DNA of 44,031 nt from Callorhinchus milii. Taxonomy: Eukaryota. The notes below the pieces were generated by a model. The model ran no database searches, was not told the DNA's origin, and saw only the letters and a program-made list of their open reading frames with translations. Numbering within the stretch: position 1 is the first letter of the stretch; every line of letters starts with the position of its first letter. The stretch is from positions 124,001 to 168,031 of the forward strand of contig NW_024704842.1 in assembly GCF_018977255.1 (NCBI RefSeq). Direction: 5' to 3'. The position numbers were made by a program, and so were the translations under genes. Positions 1 to 11,651 of this stretch are shown piece after piece.

Positions 1-282
1 CACCGAAAAATCTGCCGTCACATAATCGTTCCTTGACTACAGGCAGCCACTCAAGTTCGCCGTCAAAAAGATCATGAGTAGGTTAGCGAACACCAGCGCA
101 AATACAATCGGGAAAAAGCGGACAGGGATTGGGATTATTGTAGAGCGCTCCAGTGGGGGAGCGAACACCATCACAGACACCATGGGGAGAGCGCACAATA
201 GGACTGAACAAAGATAACTTTCACAGACTGACAAGCACACGGTTGGGCTGAACGGCATTTTCTGCGAAAGAAAAAAACAGAA

Positions 283-450
283 ATTACTGGAGATGCTGGA
301 TATCAGACAACAAAAACAAAAGTCGTTGGGCACATTCAGCAGTTGAGGCAGCAGATCTAACGAGCGGTCGTGGAAACGAAACGTTGACTCTCTTTCCTTT
401 CTCCTTAGATGTTGCCTGACATGCTGAGTGTTCCCAGAGACTTCTGATAA
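283..450. mobile_element. Imperfect palindromic repeat typical of chondrichthyan genomes (Penelope-LTR-like or MITE-like); copy at ~27345-27510
   Basis: Arm ttgggcacattcagcagttgaggcagcagatcta pairs with the reverse complement of tagatgttgcctgacatgctgagtgttcccag around a central cgaaacgttgact. Confidence 0.55.
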
Positions 451-789
451 TTATTTTCTGAGCAAGGGCCGTTTGTGTTTCTGTTTCTCTTTCGAGGCTT
501 GGGGAAGAAGCGATTTGCTGACCACTCGCAACCTGAGAAATTTATGTTTAACAGACTGAGCAGATTGTGTCTCTCTTTCTGTATGAAGTGTGCTTACTGG
601 CTGTTATTTTTCCTGGTAGCTTCTGTCTCGTTACCCAAAAATAACAACCTGCATTTTGACGACTTGCATTTATACTGCAATAAATCTACTTTAATGAGGG
701 TAAGCATAGAAATGACTTTCTCTCCTCACTGTCCCCTTTCTCCTTTCTCTGCTTTTGCACTCGACCTTCCCGCCTCTCCAAAACCAACA

Positions 790-1440
790 AAAAATTAAGG
801 ATCACTAAGGTGATCGAACGCACGGTCAAAGGGAAGAGTGTTCAGATTTATCTTGAAGGAAGCAAGGAAAGGGTGAGGTAGGTGGACTGCAGAATGTAGT
901 CCTAATGGGTGGGTAGAGATTGGCTAAATGATCGCCCGTAAATGGTGGGGCTGTGAGGTGGGAGACATGAATCAGGCTGGAGTCCGCTGAGCTGAGGGAG
1001 CGGGTAGATTGGTAAGGCGTAGGAGGTCGCAGATGTAGGGGTGTGTGAGGACATGGAGGGCTTTCAATGTGAGTAACATTATCTTGAACTGTATCCAAGG
1101 ATGGGGATGATATGGTCACAGAGACTGGTGGAGGAGATGACACTAGCTGCAGGTTTCTGGGTGATCTGCAGTCGATAGAGGGAGTATTTAGGCAGACGGA
1201 CAAGCAGTGGGTTTGCGCACAGAATCCTGGATCTCATAAAAGAATGTTATAAAAGCATGTATAAGTGTTCCGGCAGCCTGCGGTGTGAGACATTGGTGGA
1301 CACCGTTAATGTTGCGGGAATGGGGGAAGATAGAGCGGGTTATGACACGAGTTTGGGATACATAGGATAGTTGAGGATCAAAAAAGACGCCTTTCACTCC
1401 TCCCTCTTTTCCAACTCTCTGGATGGCACAACTCTCCGAA
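790..1440 (-). mobile_element. Decayed L2-type LINE 3' fragment (copy with ~200-nt deletion at ~27850-28300)
   Basis: PTPYQSTRSLSSADSSLIHV resembles the L2 ORF2 C-terminal Y.P.RSLRS.D..LL.VP motif; ends ccttcaaga..aacac..tttgacc. Confidence 0.55.
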
Positions 1441-1454
1441 TGGGTTGTAATCAT

Positions 1455-1730
1455 AAATAATAATTCTTGCATTTGATATAGCGCTTTTCATGTCTTCGAG
1501 ACATGTCTAATTAGAATTCACCGTATATTTGTGGGCGAAGTGCGGTTGGCAATTGCACATAGCAGTGTCCTACAAACTGTCGGTGATTGAAAATGAGCAA
1601 TACAGCATTGTTTTGTTTAGGAGCGGTTATTATGAGGAGTATAGAGTAGAAATTGCCCAAGGGTTCGCCCTGCCTGGAAAAGGAAAAAAGTGTCTCGCTT
1701 GCAAGGCGATTGCTCTAACCACAGAGCTAC
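1455..1730 (-). mobile_element. tRNA-Ala-derived DeuSINE-like SINE in intron 1 of the left paralogue
   Basis: Head GTAGCTCTGTGGTTAGAGC..CTTGCAA..; body AATTGCCAACCGC; tail GAAAAGCGCTATATCAAATGCAAG-(ATT)n. Confidence 0.7.
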
Positions 1731-1787
1731 AGAACCCCACTTTACGGTACATTCCCACAAATATTCGTGGATTGAAACGGTACTCAC

Positions 1788-1812
1788 CGAAAATAAGAAA
1801 CAATGATTCCAT
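1788..1812 (-). CDS. Exon 1 (leader MESLFLIF) of a paralogous receptor gene that continues beyond the left edge
   Basis: Identical to 28647-28671 including the GTGAGT donor; lies in the duplicated block. Its exon 2 would fall about 50-85 nt left of position 1. Confidence 0.75.
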
Positions 1813-2702
1813 TTCGAGAGTGAGGAGGAGCTCGAGTCAAATACAGAACCTGGAGGATTGTGTTTGTGTCCGACGGGGAAGGATCTCTGCAGACTTAAAT
1901 CACACGGAGTAATTCTCAGGAGAAGCTTTTGACAGTGTCACCCTGCTCTGTGATCACCAAGCATCCACTTCTCTGTAACACTTGCATCGAAAGCTGTTGT
2001 GACACACACACTGAGGAACAGTCTGACACACACACACATACACACACCGAAACAGACACACTGAGCTGCGATAGACACACACACAAACACACACTCAGAG
2101 AGGAACACGAACTGTGACTTACAGATGTATATTTAACGACGTTTAGAGACGGAATCAGAGACTCAGACTCTCTCTCTCCCTTAATCTCTCTCTCTCTCCG
2201 CAGAACGAACAGGATATGTGATGTCCTTTACTGGAATCGTTGCAACACTCGCACACAAACCGCCAGCGTGAAGCTGATTCTCAGAAACTGCAGAACGTTA
2301 TTTAATTGCGGTGAGCAATGCTCCGATTGGGAGCTGTGAGTTGAGCTGGACACCCAGCGCTGAGTATTTTGTGGAATGAAGAAGTAGGTTCTTCCTGGTG
2401 TCACATTGGCCACTTCTCCATTTCTGTGTGCAAAATGCTGCGTGTTTGTGTTCGTCTACAAATACACATCACAACATATTTCATTAATTCCCGTGAAAAA
2501 CTTGGATGGATTCCACGCAGCAATGAATCCTGGAGTCAAATGTAACAGTACATAGACAGGAGAAACCACACATTTACGTTCTCAGTTTAGCCTCTTTGAC
2601 GGATTACCTACTTCCTCATTTCAGTTGCTCACATTTTATCTTTTCTTGCGACATCCTTCTTTCCTTCCCCGCAGTATTTCAAGGCATTGATTGCTGATTA
2701 AT

Positions 2703-3205
2703 GCCCTGCATAGATCAGCGTAGATTTATTGGGTTATTACCAGAGATGAAGGGGATGAGTTTCCAGTGTAGGCTGACCAATTTGGGCCTTTATTCTCTAG
2801 ATATAGATGAATTAGGGGGATCTTATAGAATCCAATAAGATCATCAAAGGGCATGATAGAGTAGATAGTGGGAGATTGTTTCCCCTGATTGGAGAAACTA
2901 AAACCTGGGATCACATCCTTAAAATCAGAGGCCAGCCCTTTCGCACTGAGTTGAGGAAGAACTACTTCACTCAAATGATGGTGAATGTATGGAACTCACT
3001 ACCCCAAAGGGCTGTTGACGCTCAGTCCCGAACATATTCAAGACTGAGATAGATAGATTTCTTACTGCAAAAGAGATTAAGTGATATGGGGATAAGGCGG
3101 GGTCAGGTTATTAGCTGGAGTTAGATTAGAAGATCAGCCATGATTGAATGGCGGGGCAGGCTCGAAGGCCCTAATGGCCTAGTCCTCCTCCTACATGTTA
3201 TGGTA
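2703..3205 (+). mobile_element. CR1-type LINE 3' end (ORF2 C-terminus plus 3'UTR)
   Basis: Translates in the paralogous copy as FPLIGETKT..HILKIRGQPFRTELRKNYFTQMMVNVWNSLPQRAVDAQS.NIFKTEIDRFL; shark-type tail gatcagccatgattgaatggcgg..aatggcct. Confidence 0.85.
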
Positions 3206-5469
3206 TGTCTCCATCCGTCTGTTACTATCACAATATCTGTCACACACACATTGTTTCTCTCAGATTCCCAGTCTCTCTCCATCTGTGAATCTCAAAGCTT
3301 CGTTAACACACAAACTGTGACTCTCACAAACTCTCTGTCACTCACTCTCACAAACCCAAGCCGACTCTCCCTCTACATCTCTCAAACACTCACTCATACT
3401 CCACACTCCCCGTATTGTTCCCTCACAATACCAGTCTGTCTTAAAAACTTTCTCTCTCTCTCTCTCTCTCTCTCTATACATATACAGACCTGATCAATTT
3501 AAGGTGTATTCAAGGGTCAACATTGGATATTTTGTAAATGGCAAAGGATGATGTGTAGCTGAACCACTGTCATGGTGTTCGCTTTGCAACTTTACCGGAT
3601 ATGAAGCACAAACCGCACAGCACCGCCAGGCAAAATGATATCAAACATTTCACTGAAAAAGGAAAAAACAGCTAAACGGAACAACATAATTTCTTTAGCG
3701 GTGTTTTGTATCTGTATTTCTCTGGAGAGTAAACTTGTCTGAAATCTCAAAGCTACCTACTTGCTGGTCCCTACAGTTCTATAATGCACAATATATGCTT
3801 AATTAGAGTTCTCAGCCCTGCTGTCTTGTCAGCTTTTGAGATATTAGAATCAGATAAGGAAGCCAGTCTCCACTCTGCAACACCTCGTTTGACCACTTGC
3901 ACTTCCAATAGTTCTGTCTTTCAAGCTGTAAGTTTAATACAATATAATTCAACTGACATTTCCATAGCGCCCTTCACTTCAGAGGTGCTGCTGTTTGTGA
4001 AAATTAATGTAATTCATGTGAAGTCTGATGGTAACATTGCTCACAACCTCAGTAGCACTCACAAACATTATTATCTTCACACACTCTCTCACACAATCTC
4101 ACACTGTGTAGATCACACTCTCAGTCTCAGTCTCTCTATCTCTATCCGTGTCTCTGAAACTCCGAGTCTCCCTCCAATGTTACTTCCTCAGTACACTCTC
4201 AGCCTCATTCTCCCTATCTCCATCTGTGTGTCTGAAACTCTGAGTCTCCCTCCATCTGTTACTCTCTAAATATCTATCACACACACATTGTGTCTCTCAC
4301 ACTCCCAGTCTCTCTCTGTCTGCGTCTCTCATCTGTCTCTGAAACACACACAATGTGACTCATACTCTGTCTCTCTCTCTCACACGCCATCTCAATATCT
4401 CTCTGTATCTCTCATACTCTCACTCACTCTCCCCATATTTTCCCTCACACTATCAGTCCGTCTTACAAAATGTGTCTATCTGAACCTTTAGCACTCTCTC
4501 TCTATCACCTCAGCCTCTCTCTCTGTCCCCAAACTTAGTCTCCAAGATGAGAGGATAAATTGAGGTTCTATATGTGCAGTGTTGAAGACAAATGTTAAAG
4601 ATCCCGAGGCACTATTTGGAAAAGAGTAAGAAATGTCTCTTTATATTAAATTCCAGCTCAAATTAAACCGTACGAAAATGAGACATGGTATCAAATTGTC
4701 AAAAGCTGATGTGTAGCTGAACCACTGCCATGGTTTAAGCACAGCAACTTTACCGGATATTAAGCACTAATCGTACAATATCTCCCAACAAAGAGGGCTC
4801 AAACATTTAACTGAAAAATGATAAAAAAAATAAACGGAACAGCAGGATTTTTTCGCTGTGTTTTGTATCTGTATTTTTCTGGACAATAAACTCGTCTGAT
4901 ATCTCAAATGTGCCGGCCACTCTCATCCCCACAGCTCCATAATTAACAATATTCGCTTAATTGAGAGTTCTCAGCCCTGCTGTATTGACGGCTTTTGAGA
5001 CCATTACTATCAGATAAGGAACCCAGTCTCCACTCTACAAAACCTCACGTGACCGCTTAGGAAGCCTATATTTCTGTCTTTCCAAGCTGCAAGTTTAATA
5101 CAATATATTACAAATTACATTCGCGTGGCTCCTTCACTTAGGGAGTTCAGCTTTTTGTGCAAATTAATGTAATTCATGTGAAATCTTATGGTCACATTGC
5201 TCACATTCTGTCTCTCTCACACACAATTGTGTATCTCACACTCTGAAACACTGTGCAGCTCACATTGTCAGCCCCTCTATGTCCACACTCTCAATCTCCC
5301 TCCATCTGTTTCGTTCAAATTTACTGACACACACATCTCTCACATTTCGTCTCACAATTTCTTTCTCTACCTCCCAATCTCACTCACTCTCTGTATCTCT
5401 CACACTATCTCTCTCTCTATCTCTTCTTTCACACTACCGTCTCTAGTGTCTCAGAATCAGTTGCTCTCC

Positions 5470-5499
5470 NNNNNNNNNNNNNNNNNNNNNNNNNNNNNN
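5470..5499. other. Assembly gap (30 N)
   Basis: Run of n characters. Confidence 1.
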
Positions 5500-6848
5500 A
5501 GGGAAGTACCTAAAGCACGGTGATTACGCCCGTCCCGTTATACTGCGAGCTTAAGAGTGTACTGCATGTGTTGCTTTGTAAATATAATTTTAAAAATCTT
5601 TGCAATAAATCCACGTGATCGTCGCGCATTAAAATATATTTTTCGAAAAAAATGTCATCACGATTGATAGAGCGACACTGCTGTGCAAAATTGGCTGACA
5701 AGTCTGTCTGATGATCTGTCTGTTTAAGTGTGTACGGAAACTTGTTCAGGCCTCGAGGCCCTGCGGGAATCAGACATGGCTGTTGTCAGACTCAGAGGGA
5801 ACCACAATCACATCACATCAACTTGTGAGCTGAACATTCACATCATTATATGGCACAATAATGGAAGACAACAATTAACGAGTAGCTACAGTTCCAGCTG
5901 CTCTTGATGTACTTCGGTTTACAAAAAACAAATTTATTAATCATGTCTCTGTTGTTTTATTACATTTCATGGAGTCCTTTAGCGGAGACGGAGTAACACT
6001 CGCATCGCCAACGAGAGGACGCTGATTCGATTCCATGGCGGATGAAACCTTAGGCAATGTTCCCCACTACACACACATACCTTGTTTACCGAGCAGTGAA
6101 TAAGAATTCGTTTGTAAATCGATTGGTGGTTCACTTTTCCAGGGGATAATAATCCCATCAAAATAATATTGGTCACTGAATCTATGACGGTTTATGTGGA
6201 TGCCAATCATCCCACGGATCGAATCTAAACAATTATTGATATACTGAGAGAGCGAAATGTGTGTCCTGGTTGGTAGTGATGGTGGCGGTCTTTGAGGTTG
6301 AGTGGCAGAAACCGTGGAAGCATTTAAACGTGGAAAAGGATACACACCATCAAATAAAAACTCTCCGTCCACTTGGCTCCTTCTCAAGACCTTCCTTTAA
6401 AACCGTATCTTCAATCATCATGCATCTTCCATTCACTGTGCACTCCACCCCGATCTTCTCCCAAACTGCAGCTCCAGTGCAGAACACTTACCTGTCCTGA
6501 GACTTTGGACGTTCTCCCGACACGAAAGGCGCAGCGTCATGCAACTTGTTGTTGTAATTGTTGTCTTAGCGACGCTTGATGAAATGCAAGGATTATTATG
6601 ATTCCTCCTCACCAAATTTTATCCAAAAGAGTTATGTAATGATGTCGGGGTTTCACTGAAATCACTGAACATAAAAGTGAGTTTAGTCCACTGTCCATAA
6701 TTGTTAGCCTGACAGCAAGGTCACAGTTTGAGCTTGTCAAGGAAACGCTGCTGTGGGGTCACAGATGTGATGCTGAAACCCGTCACCGTCGACAAACACT
6801 TTCCATCATCAAACTCTGGTGGCAAAAGCTTCTTTGTGAATGGCGACA

Positions 6849-7759
6849 ATGCGACTGTTCATGGATTACCTTATCCTGTTGAGCTTTATGTCAGGTGAGG
6901 CTGTGTGTCACACAATACAGATTTATGTTTATGTAGAGACAGTCTCATCTGGAGGACGGTTCAAGAGGTCTAACATTCTTGGCTTTGTCTCCAGACGCGG
7001 GTTTAAGGGTCAAATTATTCGTAACGGAAATATAATACGAATAATAATCATTGCATTTGGTATAGCACTTTTTGAATCTTCGAGACGTCACGAACCACTG
7101 CATAGAATATACTGGATAGTGCAGTGACTGTGTGTTTAGTGGGCGAAACGGAGAATCCAAATTCACACAGCAGTATCTCCACAAACAGTAGTGGATTGAA
7201 TGATCACACTTTAAGTTAGTCATTATTATCCCGGAAAGGTCATCCTCCAATCGACCAGCAGCTGGGTTCCTAACTACTCCTCGGAAAACAGGTGCGTATG
7301 TATAGATAGGAAACTTCCCAAAGTTTATCCCGGTCCTGCCAGGGAAGGGACCCTTGTCCTATCGATTTCGAGGCGAGTGTACTGTCTCCTGAGCTGCAGG
7401 AGTAATGTAGCGCCATGTTTCAAGTTGATCCTTTCCTCTCGTTGCAGATGTGGTGCTGGGAGATCCAGTCAGACAGCAGACAGCGGGGCTGAGCAAACAA
7501 GAGGGAGACACAGTGATTCTGAGCTGCTCATATATCAACAGTTCGAACTATGTTGCTCTGTATTGGTACAGGCATCACCCCGGCCTCGCTCCCCAATACA
7601 TTCTCTACAGGCATAGTAATGGGATTGACAACACTGCAGATTACGCCAAAGGCCGCTTCGCTTCACATCTTGGCAAGAATCAGTTGCAATCCACATTAAT
7701 CATTCCCAGTGTCATTGTCAATGACGCTGCCACGTAATATTGTGCCTTAACATCAGATG
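6849..7759 (+). pseudogene. T-cell receptor alpha/delta V gene segment with a single premature stop (leader 6849-6894, V exon 7448-7759)
   Basis: 46-nt leader MRLFMDYLILLSFMS-G|GTGAGG; acceptor ttgcag|; V domain DVVLGDPVRQ..VILSC..ALYWYRH..QYILY..GRF..NDAAT*YCALTSD; TAA at 7735-7737 replaces the first Y of YYC; followed by an RSS. Confidence 0.9.
7030..7380 (-). mobile_element. Decayed SINE in the TCR V leader intron
   Basis: Same head, body and (ATT)n tail organisation as the other copies. Confidence 0.6.
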
Positions 7760-7798
7760 CACAGTGCTGCAATGCAATGACTTCCCCGTACACAAACC
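7760..7798 (+). promoter_or_regulatory. V(D)J recombination signal sequence, 23-bp spacer
   Basis: CACAGTG (7760-7766) + 23 nt + ACACAAACC (7790-7798; consensus ACAAAAACC) directly after the V exon. Confidence 0.93.
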
Positions 7799-8444
7799 CA
7801 ATTTACGTTGAGTCACAATGTTACGCCAAACAACTCTGCTTTCATTGTTATACGTGTAAACTAAAACTTCTTATAAAGAAGGTTTCATTCCATTGAAGGC
7901 CTATAGCTTATTTGTAAGACGTTTCGCCCCGCAAGCGACGAGACATTTGTTTGATTCGCCACCGGGCAAAATGTGGCACAGCGCCACACGCCTCTGTTTG
8001 ATTTGCAGTTCGCAGGAACGCGGTTGGTTGTCGATCGGCGGATCGCTTTTCTAGGGGTAATGATCCCTATAAAAAATATTAACAGTAAATTGTTCACTCA
8101 ATCCTGGACTGTGAGAGGGACCTCGATGAGCGCAATTAGCTGCCGCGATTCACGCACAAAACATGCAGTGACGAGATTTTGCAGTGTTTCCTGTGAAACG
8201 ATTTGAAATTACTGGATGACGTGATAAGTCGCTGCATCAAATACAATGATTCTTTTTATTATTTCACTGTGTTATTAACAGACTACACCTCTATCAATAA
8301 ATCACTAAAGAGGAGAGGGAGGGTTTGATCACAGCACAGATGTTAGTCTGACAGCTGACATATTTAACAAGCTCTGACTTTGCTTCTGTGTCTCTCATAG
8401 GAGACACCTGACTAATTGACCACCGGAAGCAAACAATGAAAGAG

Positions 8445-8604
8445 AACAAGAACAACATGGTTCCATTTGTAGAGCGCCTTTCACGTCGGGAGTACCCAGT
8501 GGGGTGGGTGCTAAGGAAGCTTGCCTAAGATTGTGCCATGTCCTGTCCGGGAATCGAACCCGTGTCCTCTCGCTTGCGAGGCGAGCGCTCTGACCACAGA
8601 GCTA
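8445..8604 (-). mobile_element. tRNA-Ala-derived SINE (head 8540-8604 with A and B boxes, internally deleted body)
   Basis: Reverse strand TAGCTCTGTGG...CTCGC-CTCGCAA-GCGAG...GGTTCGATTCC; homologous heads at ~1650-1730, ~7330-7380 and ~28510-28590; SINE tail remnant at ~8445-8495. Confidence 0.7.
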
Positions 8605-8630
8605 AATGATTCCACGCTCTTGTCTTCCAG

Positions 8631-8760
8631 GCCTGATTCAGGGAAACTCTGTGACACAGAAGGTGGCTTCAGTGACTGGGGAAGAAGGAGGAAGTGTGAC
8701 TATGGAATGTCATTATGATACGTGTCTGAGCGGCTACCATTTATATTGGTATCGAGAACA
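8631..8760 (+). pseudogene. 5' fragment of a second TCR alpha/delta V exon
   Basis: tgtcttccag|GC CTG ATT CAG GGA AAC: (G)LIQGNSVTQKVASVTGEEGGSVTMECHYDTCLSGYHLYWYRE, then breaks into poly-C/CA simple repeat. No 3' half, RSS or leader found. Confidence 0.8.
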
Positions 8761-8779
8761 ACGCTTCCCACGTGCATCG

Positions 8780-9463
8780 ACCCAACCCCCCCCCCCCCCC
8801 ACACACACCACACACACTCTCTCTGCCATCTCTCACTCTCTCTGCTCTGTTCCTCCTTGTTTGTTTCACCAACTCTGTCCCTCTCTCTGCCGCTCTCCAT
8901 CATAATCGGTCTCTCAAACATTCGCTCACCTTCACCCTCCGAATTACTCTCTCCTACCCCCGTCTCTCTCCTTGCTTGTCAGCCCTGTTTCTCTCTCTGT
9001 GTGACACTCTCTCTCACTCAATTGCTCTCTCCTTCTCTCGTACTTCAAACGCCCTCTTAGTTCTGAATCGCACATTAACTTTTTTCTAACACAAGCATTC
9101 TTTTCCACTTGCTCTCAGTTGATCTCTCTCACTCCCCCTCTTACCCTCCCGCACTCTTTCTGTCCCCTCTCACACTCTCTCTGCATCACTTTATCTCTGC
9201 TTGCCCCCTTTTTCCCGATCCCCCTAAGATTCTCTCTCTATCAATCTCTCTTTCTCAAACACGCTCATTGTTGAGCCATCCAGTAAATTAAGCACTAATA
9301 TTTCTGATTCCGATTTTCACTCACACCCCTCGTCCTTTGTCTCTCCATCTCTCTCACAACCTGCCCTGCTCTCTTTTACTCTCTCACCCTCTACCACACA
9401 GACTCTCACTCTCGCTATCTTTCTCTTAGTCGCTGATTCTCAATGTGTCCCTCACTCAGTATT

Positions 9464-9496
<33 letters not shown>

Positions 9497-9710
9497 TTCT
9501 CTTTCTCGCAGGCAGTCCCGATGTCTCACTCTATCTCCTTCTCTCACTCAGTTTCCCATTCAGTCTCATTCAATCACTCTCTCACATTCATTCTCACTCA
9601 GTACCTCTCTCAATCTCTCGCTCAGTCTCTCACCCTCAGTCTCATTATATCTTACTCAGTCTCTCTCTCTAACTCATTCACACTCACTCACTCATTCTAT
9701 CTCATTCTGT
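8780..9710. repeat. CT/CA-rich simple-sequence region
   Basis: (CT)n, (CA)n and degenerate CTCA runs. Confidence 0.85.
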
Positions 9711-9837
9711 GACTCAATCTCCACTTATGTCAGCGAGACAAGTGCCGCGAGTGACCCATTGAAGTCAAACTGAAGCTGGTATTGAATATAGTTGCTGATG
9801 AGGAGCTGGAGCGAGGAGATGGCCACCGGCCTCCGGG

Positions 9838-9942
9838 CTACACTCTGACTGTGGCGTAGATTGGACCATCATTCTCACCGTTTTCATGGCCATTCTCAAT
9901 CCTGTTTCCCAACATCAGATTAGCGTAGATGATGTCAGCATT
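9838..9942 (-). CDS. Exon 12, terminal coding exon with ITIM IIYANL and ITIM-like PIYATV
   Basis: ctgtttgcag|AAT GCT GAC ATC ATC TAC GCT AAT CTG...CCA ATC TAC GCC ACA GTC AGA GTG TAG; not visible in the ORF track. Confidence 0.88.
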   Translation of the reverse strand, partial: NADIIYANLMLGNRIENGHENGENDGPIYATVRV

Positions 9943-11615
9943 CTGCAAACAGGGCAACACTCAATATATCTGCAGAAGGTCATTGGGAGTAAACCCTCCC
10001 CCACCCACCCCTCCCTGGAGACTCCGACTCATGTCTCCAGTGTGTGAGGTTGTTTGTTTCCCCTTCCCCACACCAGGAGTACTACACATGTTAAATTATC
10101 AGCAAGTGGAATCAAGTTTGTGATAAATCCCCCCGTAAATAAACCGGAGCCAACAATAATGACAATAATCTTGCGTTTAAGAAACTCCTCTGAGGTGAAC
10201 GACGCTGTTTGAACGTAAAATTAAACACAGACACACACAGACATCGAGAGTCTCTTTCTGACTCACACATACGTATACACACACACAAACACACACACAG
10301 TCACTTCCAAAAAGGCAGAAACATGCGCTCACAGAAAAACACAATCACGTAGACAGATACACAAGCACATGGTTCTGAAACTTTTCACGTTGAGAGAACG
10401 GCTGAAAGTGTTTAACAACATGTATTATAATTGGTGGAAAGTTTATGACCATAACCAAAAGGATCAGCTAAAATCAGTGAAAAATTGTTAACGGCCAGTG
10501 CAAGGGGAGATTCTCTCTTGCTTTTCTCAATATTGCCAAATTCCCGACTTTGAGGATAAAACCATGAATTTATAGCTCAAGCGCGAGTGCTTCCGGCTGA
10601 GACAGCGTGACCGATAGCCTGAGCTGGGTTGTGCCAGGCTGACACGGCTGAGCTGGGTTGACACAGTGCTGAGCTGGGCTGAGCCAGGTCTGACCTGGTC
10701 TGACACACGGCCAAAGCTGGTCTGTTGACACAGGGCGTGAGCTGGGCTGTACAGAAACTGAGCTGACACAGGGCTTAGCTGGGCTTACACAGAGTTGAGG
10801 TGAGCTGAAACAGAGCCTGAAGGTAGGCTGACACCTGGTGCAGCTGAACCGATACAGGGCCTGAGCAAGGCTGACACAGTGTTAAGCTGCCCTGACACAG
10901 GCCAGTGATGCATTCACTACTCACCATTGGAGGCACCGACCGGGGAACCTTTCTCACCGTAGCATCTGAAACAAACGGAAACTCTATTTAGCACAATTCA
11001 TTAACCGCACTATAGTTGAACAGTATTATTAAGGATATCAAAGGTTGCAGTAAATAATTATTAACGATAATGCTGATAGTAAATATTAGACCACAGTTAA
11101 TATTTTGATTAACATGGCATTTGAAAAAAACTAACTTATCACGACATCGTGAAGTCCCAAAGAGCTTCACAGGATTGACGGTGTAATGGAGTTACTGCGT
11201 ATACTGTCAATTAAACCTGGAAGACATTCATGCCAGCAGCCTCACAAGTACAAGTATGTGAACGATTTTTTCTCAGGATTGATGGCCAGATGGAGATCGT
11301 TGGCAGAGTGAGAGAGGTTCTCTTCTTGAACAGCGCCGAGGGATCTTTAATATCCTCCTAAACAGGCCCAAGTTTCCTCGGTTTATCTTAAAATCTGAAG
11401 GACGAAACTTGAAGTGGCTCAAAACAGTCAGCGACATAGAAAAAAACATGCAGACACACAAACACGCAACAGTAACACAACCTGGCACGCAGAGCGACCA
11501 AGAGAGTAGGAGAGTGGCAGACACACAGATTGGCACACACAATAGACACAGACTGACTAAGGGAGAAGGTGAGTGGAGACAAAGAGACACACAGAACAAA
11601 CGATAACGGGAGAGT

Positions 11616-11651
<36 letters not shown>

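Larger units (their letters stand above)
1..5469 (+). repeat. Segmental duplication, copy A (matches ~27067-33410)
   Basis: Collinear match from base 1 to the gap; includes exon 1, promoter region, SINE, L2, CR1 and macrosatellite units. Confidence 0.95.

Noticed and set aside
1529-1912. 127-aa plus-strand ORF conserved in both duplicated blocks
   Set aside because: Antisense to a SINE and exon 1; its conservation simply reflects the near-identical duplication tract.
5470-5499. Direct linkage of the TCR V segments to the left paralogue's promoter
   Set aside because: A 30-N gap separates them, so distance and order on that side are not established; only the V-to-central-gene linkage is gap-free.
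3140-5523. Long Ser/Leu/His/Thr-rich ORFs (3140, 3784, 5188 and copies at 30006, 31724, 33116)
   Set aside because: Translations of CT/CA simple repeats within the macrosatellite.
7995-8035. J-segment-like peptide LQFAGTRLVV just downstream of the V RSS
   Set aside because: One residue short of F-G-X-G, no upstream 12-RSS and no splice donor after it; likely chance within a repeat remnant.
7860-8200. Possible Penelope-like element end (GRNV motif on the minus strand)
   Set aside because: Only a short motif; too little to call.
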